From an uncultured Acidobacteriaceae bacterium (GTDB taxonomy: Bacteria; Acidobacteriota; Terriglobia; Terriglobales; Acidobacteriaceae), in contig CAWDNI010000007.1 of NCBI GenBank assembly GCA_963803615.1, positions 23,445 to 87,444 on the forward strand: a stretch of DNA of 64,000 bases. The letters run 5' to 3'. A program made the position numbers and the translations under genes. The notes under the pieces were generated by a model. It was not told the origin of the DNA. It did no database searches and worked only from the letters and a program-made list of their open reading frames with translations. Below, piece by piece: positions 18,796 to 29,996 of the stretch. Within the stretch, counting starts at the first letter, position 1, and the number at the start of each line of letters is the position of its first letter.

Positions 18796-19540
18796 TCACA
18801 CTGTTATTGCTTTACCAACCGAAGCCTGACTTCGTGTATTGCCTGAGCTGGTGGTTTTTCCGCTCCCAGATAATTTCTCCATTGGAAGATCCGGGTAGGT
18901 CCAAAAATTGAGGACACTCAATAGCACACGACTATCGGATAAGGGACATGCTCTGACGGCAACGTCGGCAAGTGCCTCGACGCGAGCGCAAACGTTTTTG
19001 CCGGCCAACATGCATGACGCTTGCCACACGTGCTCCTCAGGACGGAAATCGTTAGTGGCAGATAACTGCGCCCCATCCTTGCCAAAAAGGAAAAAGTTCC
19101 CCATATCCTGCGACCAAGGCCAGGTCGGCGCCTTACCATACTGTTGAGCTGAGTGAGCAGACATTCTGAGAGCCGTTCCCTTCGGTCGTCCGATATGGTC
19201 CTCCGGGTAAACTGACCATAACGCTCTCCGCTCCCACGTTAGTCTATCGACATTCTTTGGAAGCAAATAGGCCAGGCCTATCTTAGGCGCCTTGGGAGGA
19301 TTGGCTGAGGTTCGATAGCGGGTGATGATGAGCCCGCTGCCGTCAATCTCCAGGTCGAGATCAAGCTTGATCGTATCTATTCCTCCGTATTCACCCGAGG
19401 AACGAATAGTCACAATATAACTCGGGAGGCACCGCCCGGCCATGCCAATACCTGACTTCGACTGGTGATCGTCTGTGGCGTGGTCGCCGGCGCTCCAGCG
19501 GTCGCAGGTGATCCCGCCGAGATCGATGTTCCAGGAAGAG
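18796..19540 (-). pseudogene. C-terminal fragment of a GH2 beta-galactosidase (domain 5 / Bgal_small_N-like)
   Basis: LEIDGSGLIITRYRTSANPPKAPKIGLAYLLPKNVDRLTWERRALWSVYPEDH parallels LacZ YRIDGSGQMAITVDV..PARIGLNCQL..VERVNWLGLGPQENYPDR. There is no N-terminal catalytic part. The upstream sequence is the TonB receptor. Confidence 0.5.
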
Positions 19541-22500
19541 ATTCGCGAAGGCGCAAGGGTTATACCAGTTGGTCTTGTTCTTGGTGCGCGGCGCACACGA
19601 AACGCCGGGATTGTTCGCGCTATTTGCCGCACCCCCGGCGGCGAACGGATCGCCCACCAAAATAGCGCGCGCCGATCCGCCTACGGCAGTTGCGATATTT
19701 GGAGAGACCGTGATGGGCGGCCCGGATTGATCGACAAAGGTCAGGCTCGTCATCCAACCTCTGGCGATGAGGTTCGGTATGCCTTTCCGGTTCAGGTAGG
19801 CGCGCCCGGTTCCAAATGGAAGCTCGTACAATCCGTTGAAGGTCACTCGGTTGCGCACATCGAAGGCCGAGTTGCTGTAATCGTAGCTAATGGGCAACAA
19901 ATTGGTGCTGCGAAACCCTCCATCCGCGTTGGAGCCAAATGGATCGGGAGCATCATCCAGCGAATGCGCCCAGGTATACGTGGCGAGAAAGCTTAAGCCA
20001 TTGGAAAACCGCTTTTCCACCGTAGTCTGCAGCGAGTTATAGTCGCTCATTGCATTCGGAGAAGAGAAAGTAGCTCCCGCGAAGTCCGGGAACGGCTGAT
20101 AAGACTGCGCGCTCAGCGCGGGATTGATGAGTGCTTTGGAACCATTAGGATTGGTGATCACCACTATATGCCGGGCGGAGCTTCCAACGTAGCTGATCTG
20201 GCCGTGGGATTGCTCGAAAATGAATGCGCAAAGGCCAGGTTGTAATCCATTGAATATTCTGTTTTGGGTGCGTTGGAGATACCGGTCAACCCGGGTGTGG
20301 AGGGAAAGTTCTCTAACCCACAGCCAGCGCTTCGGAAAATCCTCTTTCCAGTGTGATCCCATTGGAGACACAGTTATTGGGAAAGCAGTTGGATGCGGGG
20401 AACGTATCCGTATACTCGAAGGGATAATTGTTCGCTATGTTTGGACTGAAGCCGATATTCTCCAGGCCTCCGTAGAACATTCCCCAACCTCCGCGAATAA
20501 CGGTTGCAGGATCGAGCTGATAGGCGAATCCCAGACGCGGCGCAAAGTTTGTTTTCTGGTTTTCGACCATGCGCGGATTATTGATGTATTGGAGAGCGAT
20601 GTTGTCCTTTGTCAATAATGCAGTGAACCACGGAGCGATGAACACTCCTTTACTCTGGACGGGTATCTGATAAGCACCCGATCCGGTCGCTATGCCGAGA
20701 GCGCCTGTTGTAAAGAAATTTGCCTTCTGTCCGTTCATTTCCTTATAAGGCTGAAGGTAGTCGTAGCGAACACCCAGGTTGAGGGTAAGTCGAGGAGTCA
20801 CTCTCCAGTCATCTTGCGCATATCCGGAACGGTACCATCGCTCATCGTTGGCTTTGATTATGGGCGAGATGTTGGAAGCGTTGTTTTGGCCTGCCAGAAG
20901 ATCGGCGACACCATAGCCGGTAAAGCTTGCGCCGAGATTGCTGGTATATAAGCCGCTGAAACTGTAGGTGCCGTGCGAGTAAGGCGGCTGCAACGTCTGG
21001 TATCGGAGACTCATAAGTTGAATGCCGAACTTCAGCGAATGATTCCCCGCGATCTTGGTTACATTATCGAGAATCTGATAAGCGTTTTGGTGTTCCAAAA
21101 TCGGGTTATAAGCAGGCGAACCCGTAGTGGTGACGCCGTTGGCCTCGCCCACTCCGGCGCCCTCGGCGCCGCTGATAAAGAAGGTAGGCAGGCCGCCATT
21201 ATCCGGGTACTGCGGACCGAATTGAGTTCCCCCTATGCCGATATTCGCTGCGATATTTGTCTGGTAATTTTCCTGGAGAAATCCGAAAAAACCGTAGCTG
21301 TAGCCGAATCTGAACTCATTGATAAGGTTCGAGCTAAAGGAATGCGTCTCGCTTCCTGCGAAATTCTCCGTCCGGTTGATGATTGTTCCGTTGTTGTAGG
21401 CTCTGCCATCGAGTATCGGACCCAGGGGCCCAGGTATATGTCCGGGGGCGTGCAGGTAACTGAATCTCCCAAACATCTGATCCTTGGCGCTGGGGTTATA
21501 GTCCATCCGCGTGTCCCACTGCCAGGTATTGCTCGACGAATTGAGAGTAGTCACATAATTGTTGTAGGTACGCCCATTGTTCGTATTCGGCTGGGGATAG
21601 AGATTAATCAGCGTTTTTGCGACAGGATCAATTTGACTTGCACAGAAGACATTCTGTTGTCCGTTGCATTGCAAAAGCGCAGTGCCGCCTGAATTTGGCT
21701 GATAAAGAGTTATGGGTTTATTTGCACCGGTAAGGCTGGGATTCAGCAATTCGGAAAAGTTTCCTTGGCGCATCAGAGGAGTGGGCACGCTTAGAGTGCT
21801 TGTTTGACCATAGACGATCCGGTTTGCCTCGGCATCGCCGAAGAAGAACAATTTATTGCGGACGATGGGAAGGCCAAGCGTGGCGCCGAATTGGTTCTCG
21901 TGATAAGTCGGGATGGTAAGCGCGTTCCAGTCCTTCGCATCCAGGTCGTTGTTGCGGAAATACTCCCAAAGATCTCCATGAATCTGGTTGGTGCCGGATT
22001 TGATGCTGGCGTTGATTACGGCGCCGGCGGAGTGTCCAAACTCGGCCCCGTAGTTGCTGGTCTCCACCTTGAATTCAGCCAATGCATCCGGCGGCGGCCG
22101 GACCACAAAGCTTGCGCCATTCAGAAAATCCGCGCTGTTTTCATTGTTGTCGACGCCGTCCATGATGAAATCATTCTGCTCTGCCACCTGGCCATTGGCC
22201 TCGAAATCGCCTGAGCCGCCTCCCCTAGACCCGACTGAAGGGTCGGCCCCGGCGGTGAGCTGTGCAATATAGACCCAATTGCGCCCATTGAGAGGCGTGT
22301 CGTTGATGGTACGCGTGCTCAGCACCTGGCCCACAGCGCCCTGTTGGGTCTGCAATAGCGGCGGAGCGCTGGAAACCGTGACAGTCTGGCTCACCACCCC
22401 AGGTTGCAGAACCAGGACGACGTTAAGACGCTCCTGAACATCTACGTGCACGTTCTGCTGAGAAGTTGTTTGGAAGCCGGGAGCAGTTGCGCTCACCGTG

Positions 22501-22707
22501 AAGTTGCCGATCTTGATCGGAGAGAAATTGTAAATACCGTTCGAATCCGCTTTCGTCTTCAAGACCAGGCCGGTATCCGTACTGGTGAGCGCCCTGATCC
22601 TGTTGCGCCACGGCGCGGTAAGCGGGCAGCAGCGCGCAACAAAAACCAACTACCAGGGAGCAGATGCAGCTCTTGCGTCTTTTCAGGTGTCTCACTCCGG
22701 CGGCCAT
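19541..22707 (-). pseudogene. TonB-dependent receptor with CarboxypepD_reg domain, multiply disrupted and 3'-truncated
   Basis: The signal peptide (MAAGVRHLKRRKSCICSLVVGFCCALLPAYRAVAQ, ATG 22707 after ggaagaggaaagag) is in a different frame from the 778-aa body (TINDTPLNGRNW plug). The barrel continues in two more frames after 20313 and about 20200. The last ~100 aa are missing after NWYNPCAFAN. Confidence 0.75.
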
Positions 22708-23072
22708 TTGGTCTCTTTCCTCTTCCGGGATACTGTGGCCGGTTGGTAGTTCATTCATTTTTTGCCTCCATAAATGCTAGCGCAATCATTCAGATTGGCA
22801 ACGCTAGAAGCTTACCTTGAGCTTTGTCAAGAGGAGTCTATTTCAAAGGCTCTTCAGCACGTCCTAAAGCTCCACAAAGGCATGTTCTATTGGAAACATA
22901 GCGGACGATAGGCCGGCTTCTCCCTGCTTTCAACTTTCCCTCCGCTGATTCCAGCCCTTCTCGAAATTGCATTGACGCGGCTTCCTTTTTGCTCCTGTGA
23001 TTGCGCAGTTATTGGTAGCGCTGTCACGACGATGAATCCGGGCCAATTGTTATCTTTCTATTGAGGTAGAGG

Positions 23073-23933
23073 ATGCGACCAAATCGAGCTTTCTCAGGGA
23101 ATGCCCACGCCGGAACTGCCGCAAAAATCGCGGGTCTTTTCATCCTCTTTGTTGGTTGCTGCCAATTGAACTTCGCGCAGACTACGCCGGCTTCCGCGGA
23201 GAATTTGGCCCCCACGCCGCCTATGGGATGGGCGAGCTGGAATCATTTCTTTTGCGATTACAACGATCAAACGATCCGCAACCAGGCGGACGCGTTGGTC
23301 TCCACTGGAATGCGCGATTTGGGTTACCGCTACGTGCTCATCCAGGAATGCATCGCTCCTGGGCGAGATGCGAAGGGCGAACTTGTTGTCGACCCAAACC
23401 GGTTTCCGCACGGAATGAAAGCGCTCGTTGACTATATCCATGCGCGAGGACTTAAGGCTGGTATCTACACCGATGTAGGACCCTATACCTGCTATCCCAA
23501 TCCCCGCTATCAGGGCAGCTTCCAACACGAAGATCAGGACGCCGGAACCTTTGCCTCATGGGGCATGGATTTCATCGAAATGGATTACTGCAATCGCCCT
23601 GCCGGGCACACCGGACGTGAAATCTATGAACGCATGGCAGCAGCAATCCGGAAGACCGGACGCCCGATGTTGTTCTATATATGCTCCTGGGGCAACGAGA
23701 GTCCCTGGACCTGGGCACAAGGGAAAGCCCAATTGTGGAGAACGGATGCCGACATCAGCCCAGACAAAGATCATGTGGAGTGGGCAAACGTGGTCAAGCG
23801 TTTTGAGTCGAATGCCAGACATTCCGTATTCAATGCTCCCGACAGTTGGAACGATCCCGACATGATGGAAGTCGGTAACCTTGGACTCAACCTAACCGAA
23901 GCGCAGACTCGCGAAAAAGGCCGTCGGCGGTAG
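23073..23933 (+). pseudogene. alpha-galactosidase (GH27), 3'-truncated
   Basis: PPMGWASWNHF, DFIEMDYCN (nucleophile region) and SWNDPDMMEVGN (acid/base region) are present. The ORF stops about 15 aa later, lacking the end of the barrel and the C-terminal beta domain. Only ~85 nt remain before fabI. Confidence 0.6.
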
Positions 23934-24020
23934 CGGCTTGGATATACACCATCCTCTTTCTGCCGTAGGCCCAGAGTAGACCGACTGTGGTGAGTCATTG
24001 GCTCGTTACACAATCGGAAG

Positions 24021-24821
24021 TCAGGACTGCTTTCCTTGCTCCATCTCCGTGCTGCTGAAGGAGACTACGTTGTATCCGCAATCGACGTAGAGAATCTCGC
24101 CGGTAACTCCTGAAGCGAGATCTGAGGCTAAGAACAGTGCTGCGTTGCCTACTTCAGACTGTTCCACATTGCGGCCCAGGGGCGCTCGGGCCGCATGTAT
24201 CTTCAACATTTCGCTTAAACCGCCTATGCCGCGCGCGGCGAGAGTTTTGATAGGTCCGGCGGAGATCGCGTTGACGCGAATATTCTGCCTGCCCAAATCC
24301 GCGGCAAGATAACGAACCGTCGCCTCCAGAGCCGCCTTGGCTACGCCCATCACGTTATAGCGGGGAACCACCTTTTGCGATCCATAATAGGTGAGCGTGA
24401 GGACAGATCCGCCCTCGGTCATCAGCGGAGCCGCGGCCCTGGTAAGGGCGATCAGAGAATACACACTAACATCATGTGCCACGCGGAATCCCTCCCGGCT
24501 GGTGAGCACGAAGTCGCTGTTTAGCTCATGGGGAGGCGCAAAGGCTACGCTGTGTACCAGGATATGTAATTTCTCATAACGCTCCTTGAGCTTGGCAAAT
24601 AGGGCGTCGATCTCTTCATCTTTCGAAACGTCACATTGAAAAGTTTCCGCGGCGGTCAGTTCTCCAGCCAAAGCCTCCGCTTCGGAGCGAAGGCGCTCGT
24701 TCTGATAGCAGATGGCAAGCTGCGCACCCGCCGCGGAAAGTGTCTGGGCAATGGCCCACGCTATACTGCGCTTATTTGCCAAGCCAAAAACGACTGCTGT
24801 ACGGCCTTTGAGATCGATCAT
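24021..24821 (-). CDS. fabI: enoyl-ACP reductase (NADH)
   Basis: GLANKRSIAWAIA N-terminus and YNVMGVAKAALEATVRYLAADLG..IRVNAISAGPIKTLAA. Confidence 0.95.
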   Translation of the reverse strand: MIDLKGRTAVVFGLANKRSIAWAIAQTLSAAGAQLAICYQNERLRSEAEALAGELTAAETFQCDVSKDEEIDALFAKLKERYEKLHILVHSVAFAPPHELNSDFVLTSREGFRVAHDVSVYSLIALTRAAAPLMTEGGSVLTLTYYGSQKVVPRYNVMGVAKAALEATVRYLAADLGRQNIRVNAISAGPIKTLAARGIGGLSEMLKIHAARAPLGRNVEQSEVGNAALFLASDLASGVTGEILYVDCGYNVVSFSSTEMEQGKQS

Positions 24822-24995
24822 CTTGAATGCTCCCGGTTATCGTTCTGATTCGCTTTGAACTTTCTGAACGCAAGATTCAGCTTACGGCAGAAGCAGGATA
24901 GATATATCCCAAGCCGCTGCCATCAACGGCCTTTTTCCTCAAGAAAAAGACCACTTTGTGGAATTTATCGAAGCGAACCTTTCCTGTTTCTGCCC

Positions 24996-25817
24996 TTAGC
25001 CCCCCAAATCGACTAGTTCCACTTTGTCAATCGGTTCTCCTAAAAAACGAGCGCCCAAATTGCGGAACTTAGCTACCGAATCGGTCGCGAAAAAGCGGAG
25101 ACTTCGCGCGGGATTCGCGGCCGCACAGAGGGCATCATTGCCGAGCGTTCCCGCTACTCGCTCCGCGATGGCATTGGCCGAATCGATCACGCGCATGCCG
25201 GCCGGCAGGGCGGCTTCGATGGGCGCGCGCAGAAGCGGATAATGAGTGCAGCCCAGCACCAGCGTGTCCGGCGCCATTTTTTCTTGCTCCGCCTGGGCAA
25301 GCAGTTCCGAAAGATAGATCCGCACGACTTCAGCGGTGACCGGGTGGGTAACCCATCCCTCCTCCACCAAGGGCACCAGGAGAGGGCAGGCTTTCTCCAA
25401 CGTATGTAGCCCGCATCTCCGGCCCGCCTCCGCATACGCATGGCTGCCCACAGTAGCGTCAGTTCCGATTACCAGGATGTCTCCGGACCGGGAACGGCCG
25501 CGGGCCTCGTCGACCCCGGCCTCGATGACGCCTAAAACCGGGAGCGCCGTGGAGCGGCGAATGTCGTCAAGCGCAAGCGCGCTTGCCGTATTGCACGCGA
25601 TGACCAGGAAGCCGGCATCCTGTTCGATCAGAAAGCGCGTGCTGGAGAGTGCATAGCGGGCGATGGTTGCCTGGGATTTCGACCCGTAGGGCAGCCTCGC
25701 TGTGTCGCCGATATAGACAAAATCCGCTCCCGGAAGCACCTGGAGCAAAGCCCGCAAAACGGTCAGGCCGCCAAAGCCGGAATCGAATACACCAATTTTG
25801 ACCTCCGCTCTGCTCAT
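24996..25817 (-). CDS. murI: glutamate racemase
   Basis: VFDSGFGGLTV, ACNTAS and GCTHYPLL motifs. Confidence 0.95.
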   Translation of the reverse strand: MSRAEVKIGVFDSGFGGLTVLRALLQVLPGADFVYIGDTARLPYGSKSQATIARYALSSTRFLIEQDAGFLVIACNTASALALDDIRRSTALPVLGVIEAGVDEARGRSRSGDILVIGTDATVGSHAYAEAGRRCGLHTLEKACPLLVPLVEEGWVTHPVTAEVVRIYLSELLAQAEQEKMAPDTLVLGCTHYPLLRAPIEAALPAGMRVIDSANAIAERVAGTLGNDALCAAANPARSLRFFATDSVAKFRNLGARFLGEPIDKVELVDLGG

Positions 25818-26455
25818 AGATGCTTTACATCCGGAGAGTCGGTGGCCAGGTATACGCGGGTAAGGTCGGCATGCCCGGCGAGTGTCTCGCGGGTTTGTCC
25901 ATCGATTAGAAATCTTACCTGTGTAATATCCGGAAGGTTGGCGCGGAGCGTGCCGATGATGGAGAGCAGCGTGAGCGTTTCCGGTTCAATGCCCGAGGGG
26001 TGTTCGGCGGCGAACGATCCGCTCAAATTCACAATGGCCATCATGCCCGGCACCACGGTGTTGGGCGCGGGCGGCAGGGGCATCAGGAAAACTCCGTCGA
26101 CCCCGCTGTTGGTTGCGATGGGGTGACCCGATTCGGGACGTGCATAATCCGCGATCAGGTGCTGCAGAATAATGCGCGCCCGCGCGTTGATATCCGTAGG
26201 CAGCGCTATCTGCTGCCGGTCCGCCGTAAGAGACCCGTCCGCGTCATTGGCAATCATCAGAGTGACATTCTGCGGCGCGCTCTGCGCCGGAGGATTCAGC
26301 GGCATGGTCTCTCCCGTATCGAGCAGCCGCTCGTGCGCCCGTTCCCGCATGCGGATCAGCACCGCCGACATAATTACCGAACTGACCAAAAGAACCCAGA
26401 AAAGAATGCGCTGGTGGCGGGGAATCACGGTTGCTGCCTCCAGTCCTTTTGCCAC
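25814..26455 (-). CDS. GerMN domain-containing protein
   Basis: N-terminal TM helix. C-terminal NLSGSFAAEHPSGIEPETLTLLSIIGTLRANLPDITQVRFLIDGQTRETLAGHADL fits the GerMN pattern. Translationally coupled to murI. Confidence 0.7.
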   Translation of the reverse strand: MAKGLEAATVIPRHQRILFWVLLVSSVIMSAVLIRMRERAHERLLDTGETMPLNPPAQSAPQNVTLMIANDADGSLTADRQQIALPTDINARARIILQHLIADYARPESGHPIATNSGVDGVFLMPLPPAPNTVVPGMMAIVNLSGSFAAEHPSGIEPETLTLLSIIGTLRANLPDITQVRFLIDGQTRETLAGHADLTRVYLATDSPDVKHL

Positions 26456-27261
26456 TGCTCGAGAGCCGCTGCGAGCGTGGTCAAGATGCGGTTTTGGTAT
26501 TCAGGGTTGGAAAGAGGCGTTATGCCGGTGGAACGGCGAAGCGGCGCCACCTCGACCGCCACTGCCGGACAGGTAAAGCTGTCCAAAGGCTGCAGCGCCG
26601 TGCGGCCCAGAGTTACCGGAATTTCCGCCTGAGTCATCGCCGAATCGATCTCCGAGGAAAGCCGCTGGCTTTGCGCGATGTAAGCGCCCTGTGCAGTTTC
26701 CCAGGGCATAAAGCGGGTATTCGGAACTTCAGTCAGAGAGGAAGTAAAGAGGTGTACGCCGGTACCGCTTGCCGTGGCATGCAGACTTATGCAGGCGGAA
26801 GGCATCGCGTGGTTCGCCACCTGGGCACGGTTCACAGCGGGCACGGTCGCATCCGACTCACGCGAGGTGATTACAGAGATCCCGTGCGCATTCAACAGCG
26901 AACGTAAACGGAGAGTCAGAGTCAAGACCAGGTCCTTCTCTAGCGTTTGACTGCTTAGACGTGCGCCCGGATCGACTCCCCCGTGGGCTGCGTCGATAAA
27001 TACTAAAAAACGTGGTTGTATTCGTGCGGGCGGTACGGGCGGAGTTCGCGTGGCAGGTGCCTGGGGCGCCGCCGGTTGTTGTGCCGTTTGCGCTATTCCC
27101 GGCCCCGCCGCAAGAAGAAGAACGATTACCAGGCACGTATGAGAAAGCCGGTTCGTTCTTCTCCTTATATCAGCGGATGTGGTCGAACTGGATATCGTTG
27201 AACCTGCGGCCGGGGGAGGCGACAGACAATCGCAACCGCGAGCGGTCTCAATCCAGGGCAT
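26425..27261 (-). CDS. N-acetylmuramoyl-L-alanine amidase (Amidase_3)
   Basis: IDAAHGGVDPGA zinc-site motif with ISLHATAS further on. Start uncertain (overlaps the upstream gene by 14 nt). Confidence 0.8.
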   Translation of the reverse strand: MPWIETARGCDCLSPPPAAGSTISSSTTSADIRRRTNRLSHTCLVIVLLLAAGPGIAQTAQQPAAPQAPATRTPPVPPARIQPRFLVFIDAAHGGVDPGARLSSQTLEKDLVLTLTLRLRSLLNAHGISVITSRESDATVPAVNRAQVANHAMPSACISLHATASGTGVHLFTSSLTEVPNTRFMPWETAQGAYIAQSQRLSSEIDSAMTQAEIPVTLGRTALQPLDSFTCPAVAVEVAPLRRSTGITPLSNPEYQNRILTTLAAALEQWQKDWRQQP

Positions 27262-28579
27262 AGATTGCGAGGCCGCTGAGTAGCTTGGGGTAGAAGTCAG
27301 TCGATTTTTGCGGCATTACCTCTCCGGCGAACGCTACCTCGCGCAGTTGCTGAAGCGTAACCGGCTTGGTCAGGAAAGCCAAATCCGCTTCACCGCGCGA
27401 TACCTGGTCCACTGCTTCCGATGCATCCCGCAGATAGCGCAGGTTCCGCTGCTCGCGGATGGCCTCGGAGGTGATGGAGAGGATTCGTTCCAGCACCAGC
27501 GAGTGCAGTTGCACCAAGTCCAGTTTGCGCTGCCGCTCGGGCAGAGTGGCAAGTGCCTGAGCAACCGCTTCAGCTTTGGCCGCCAGCCGGAAGTTGCCCG
27601 CTCGCGTTACGGCGATAAATTCCGTCCCCTTTGTATCGGCAAGCTTCCTGGTTAACTCTGCCGCGCTGGTCGCCGGCAAAGATTCAATCTCAAAGAATGG
27701 CCTCGACCGCTCAACAAAATCCGCCGGCACGAAATTTCCCAAGCCGAAGACCACCCGATGGGTGGGAAGAATCGTGAGGCCGCCCGCGTCCATATTGACA
27801 AATGTCATCATAACTGCAGCCTCGGGATAGGCTGGCTGGGGAGTGGTGTTCGCCGGATTCCGAGCCGTCGGAGTAATAGTCTTCGGTGCATGCTCCTTCG
27901 AATAGGCAAGAGCCGTTTCGTAGCGGTGATGGCCGTCAGCGATAATCAGTTTTTTATCTCCCATGGCTCCCAGCAGAATGTTGATCGTGCTGGTGTCACT
28001 AACCTTCCATATCCGGTGTGATACGCCATATTCGTCAGTAACGTCGATCTCCGGCGAAGCTGTACTGGAAAAGAGGATCTTCTCCGCCGTTAGTCCGGGA
28101 TCGGAATACAGCATGAAAATCTGACCGAAGTGCGCATGTGTGGAGCGTAACAAGTTGAGCCGGTCGGATTTAGGTTTGGAAAGCGTCTGCTCATGACGGA
28201 AAATAATGTTCTGGCTGTAATCCTGAAGCTCGCCCAGGGCAATAAACCCGCGCCGCTGATTGATTTTTCCAGGGGAGCCTGGAACGGCGAACCGCTGCTC
28301 ATAAGCAAAGATACAGGGCTCCTGCTCCTGCGTTAGTACGCCGATGCGCCGCCAATCTGCAAAGTCTCGCGCCGCTCGTGTATAGACATCATTGATTCCA
28401 GCCTCATCAAACAACTCAGGCAGGCCCAGGATAATCCGGACCAGGTTGTACACGCTGCGCTGATAATAGGCTTGCTGCATGGCGGGTGTGATCTTGTCGT
28501 AAGGTTGCGTTACAACATCTTCGAGACGGACCAGGCTCGGATTGTAGCGGAGAGCGCGGAAGGGATAAATGCGGGCCAT
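27248..28579 (-). CDS. DUF1015 family protein
   Basis: The MARIYPFRALRYN N-terminus and IADGHHRYETA motif are characteristic of DUF1015. Confidence 0.8.
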   Translation of the reverse strand: MARIYPFRALRYNPSLVRLEDVVTQPYDKITPAMQQAYYQRSVYNLVRIILGLPELFDEAGINDVYTRAARDFADWRRIGVLTQEQEPCIFAYEQRFAVPGSPGKINQRRGFIALGELQDYSQNIIFRHEQTLSKPKSDRLNLLRSTHAHFGQIFMLYSDPGLTAEKILFSSTASPEIDVTDEYGVSHRIWKVSDTSTINILLGAMGDKKLIIADGHHRYETALAYSKEHAPKTITPTARNPANTTPQPAYPEAAVMMTFVNMDAGGLTILPTHRVVFGLGNFVPADFVERSRPFFEIESLPATSAAELTRKLADTKGTEFIAVTRAGNFRLAAKAEAVAQALATLPERQRKLDLVQLHSLVLERILSITSEAIREQRNLRYLRDASEAVDQVSRGEADLAFLTKPVTLQQLREVAFAGEVMPQKSTDFYPKLLSGLAIYALD

Positions 28580-28952
28580 TCGAGGGATTTAGCTCCAGAT
28601 ATCGGCGGGGATCGGGCTTGAGCGCCGCCGACGTTTGCTTTTATTTGGTTATACCTGCCAAATTGTACCTGACGAGGCCGGCGCAAGGGCTTTCCAGCAT
28701 TGTTGTTCCGGGCGCGGCCGCGTCAAATTGGTTAGATGGGTTCCTTTTTGCATTTTGCGAAAAGCATTTGCTCGCCCGGCCACTTCTTGCTGCACGAAAT
28801 GGATTCGGCAAGCTTAGTATCGAAACAACCGGTTCTGCCGGATTTTAGTCAGGGTCATGGTTAGAGGGCTTGGGGTGATGGTGCTCTCGGGGAAGCGCGG
28901 AGCGATATGGCCGGACCGCGCAGCACGGTCTGCTACTCTTTCTTTCAATCGG

Positions 28953-29996
28953 ATGGCGCGGGGAAGCCCCGCCTTCCGTATCGCCCTCTTGCTGGCTGTC
29001 ACGCTGGTTCTCGTCATGACAAGTTGGACTACAGGTTGGGCTCAGGATCCGCTGAACGCCGTCCACGTTGAGCCGCCTCCGCCGGCGGCCGCCGCCAACC
29101 CCAACCTCCCCAAGACGCCTCCTCCATTGGAAGGGAAAGCCTCACTCAAAGCACGGCCCGACGAGCGCATTCGTGTCAATGTGAACCTTGTCCTGGTTCC
29201 GATCACTGTGACCGATCCGATGAACAGACTGGTCACCGGTCTCGAAAAGAACGATTTCTTCATCTATGAAAATAATGCCCTGCAACAGATTAAGAGCTTT
29301 TCGTCGGAGGACACGCCTGTCTCCATCGGGGTCATCTTCGACCTGAGCGGGAGCATGTCGGACAAGATCAATCGGGCACGGAATTCGATCATCGAGTTTT
29401 TGCATACCGCTAATCCGCAGGACGAGTTCTTTGTGATCGGGTTCAACGACCGGCCGGAGCTGGTAGAGGATTTTACTTCCAATGTCGACAATATTGAGAC
29501 CCGGCTCATGAGCTTACAACCCGGCCATCGGACCGCCCTTCTCGATGCTATCTACTTTGGATTGAATAAGATGAAAGGCGCCAGGAACGATCGAAAGGCG
29601 TTGCTGGTGGTCTCCGACGGCGGCGATAACCGCAGCCGGTACACCGAGGGCGAAGTACGCTCCATGGTGCGCGAGTCCGACGTCCAAATCTATTCCATCG
29701 GGATCTTCGACCAATACGCCGCCACGCGTGAGGAACAGCTCGGGCCATTGCTGTTGCACGACATAAGCGAAGAGACGGGAGGGCAGCTTTTCCGGGTGGA
29801 CGATATTTCCGACATGGGCGACATCGCCACCAAGATCAGTGCCGAATTGCGCAATGAGTACATGGTCGGGTATAAGCCCGACGATGTGAAACGGGACGGG
29901 AAATGGCGTAAATTGAAGGTAAAGCTGGTTCCTCCCCCCGGGTTGCCCCAGCTTTCAGTCCATGCCCGAACCGGATATTATGCCCCATTGCAGTAA
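28953..29996 (+). CDS. VWA domain-containing protein (acidobacterial VWFA-related type)
   Basis: Signal peptide MARGSPAFRIALLLAVTLVLVMT. MIDAS-like DLSGSM. Typical FxxxEDG/NN..Q.I..F N-terminal module. Confidence 0.8.
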   Translation: MARGSPAFRIALLLAVTLVLVMTSWTTGWAQDPLNAVHVEPPPPAAAANPNLPKTPPPLEGKASLKARPDERIRVNVNLVLVPITVTDPMNRLVTGLEKNDFFIYENNALQQIKSFSSEDTPVSIGVIFDLSGSMSDKINRARNSIIEFLHTANPQDEFFVIGFNDRPELVEDFTSNVDNIETRLMSLQPGHRTALLDAIYFGLNKMKGARNDRKALLVVSDGGDNRSRYTEGEVRSMVRESDVQIYSIGIFDQYAATREEQLGPLLLHDISEETGGQLFRVDDISDMGDIATKISAELRNEYMVGYKPDDVKRDGKWRKLKVKLVPPPGLPQLSVHARTGYYAPLQ

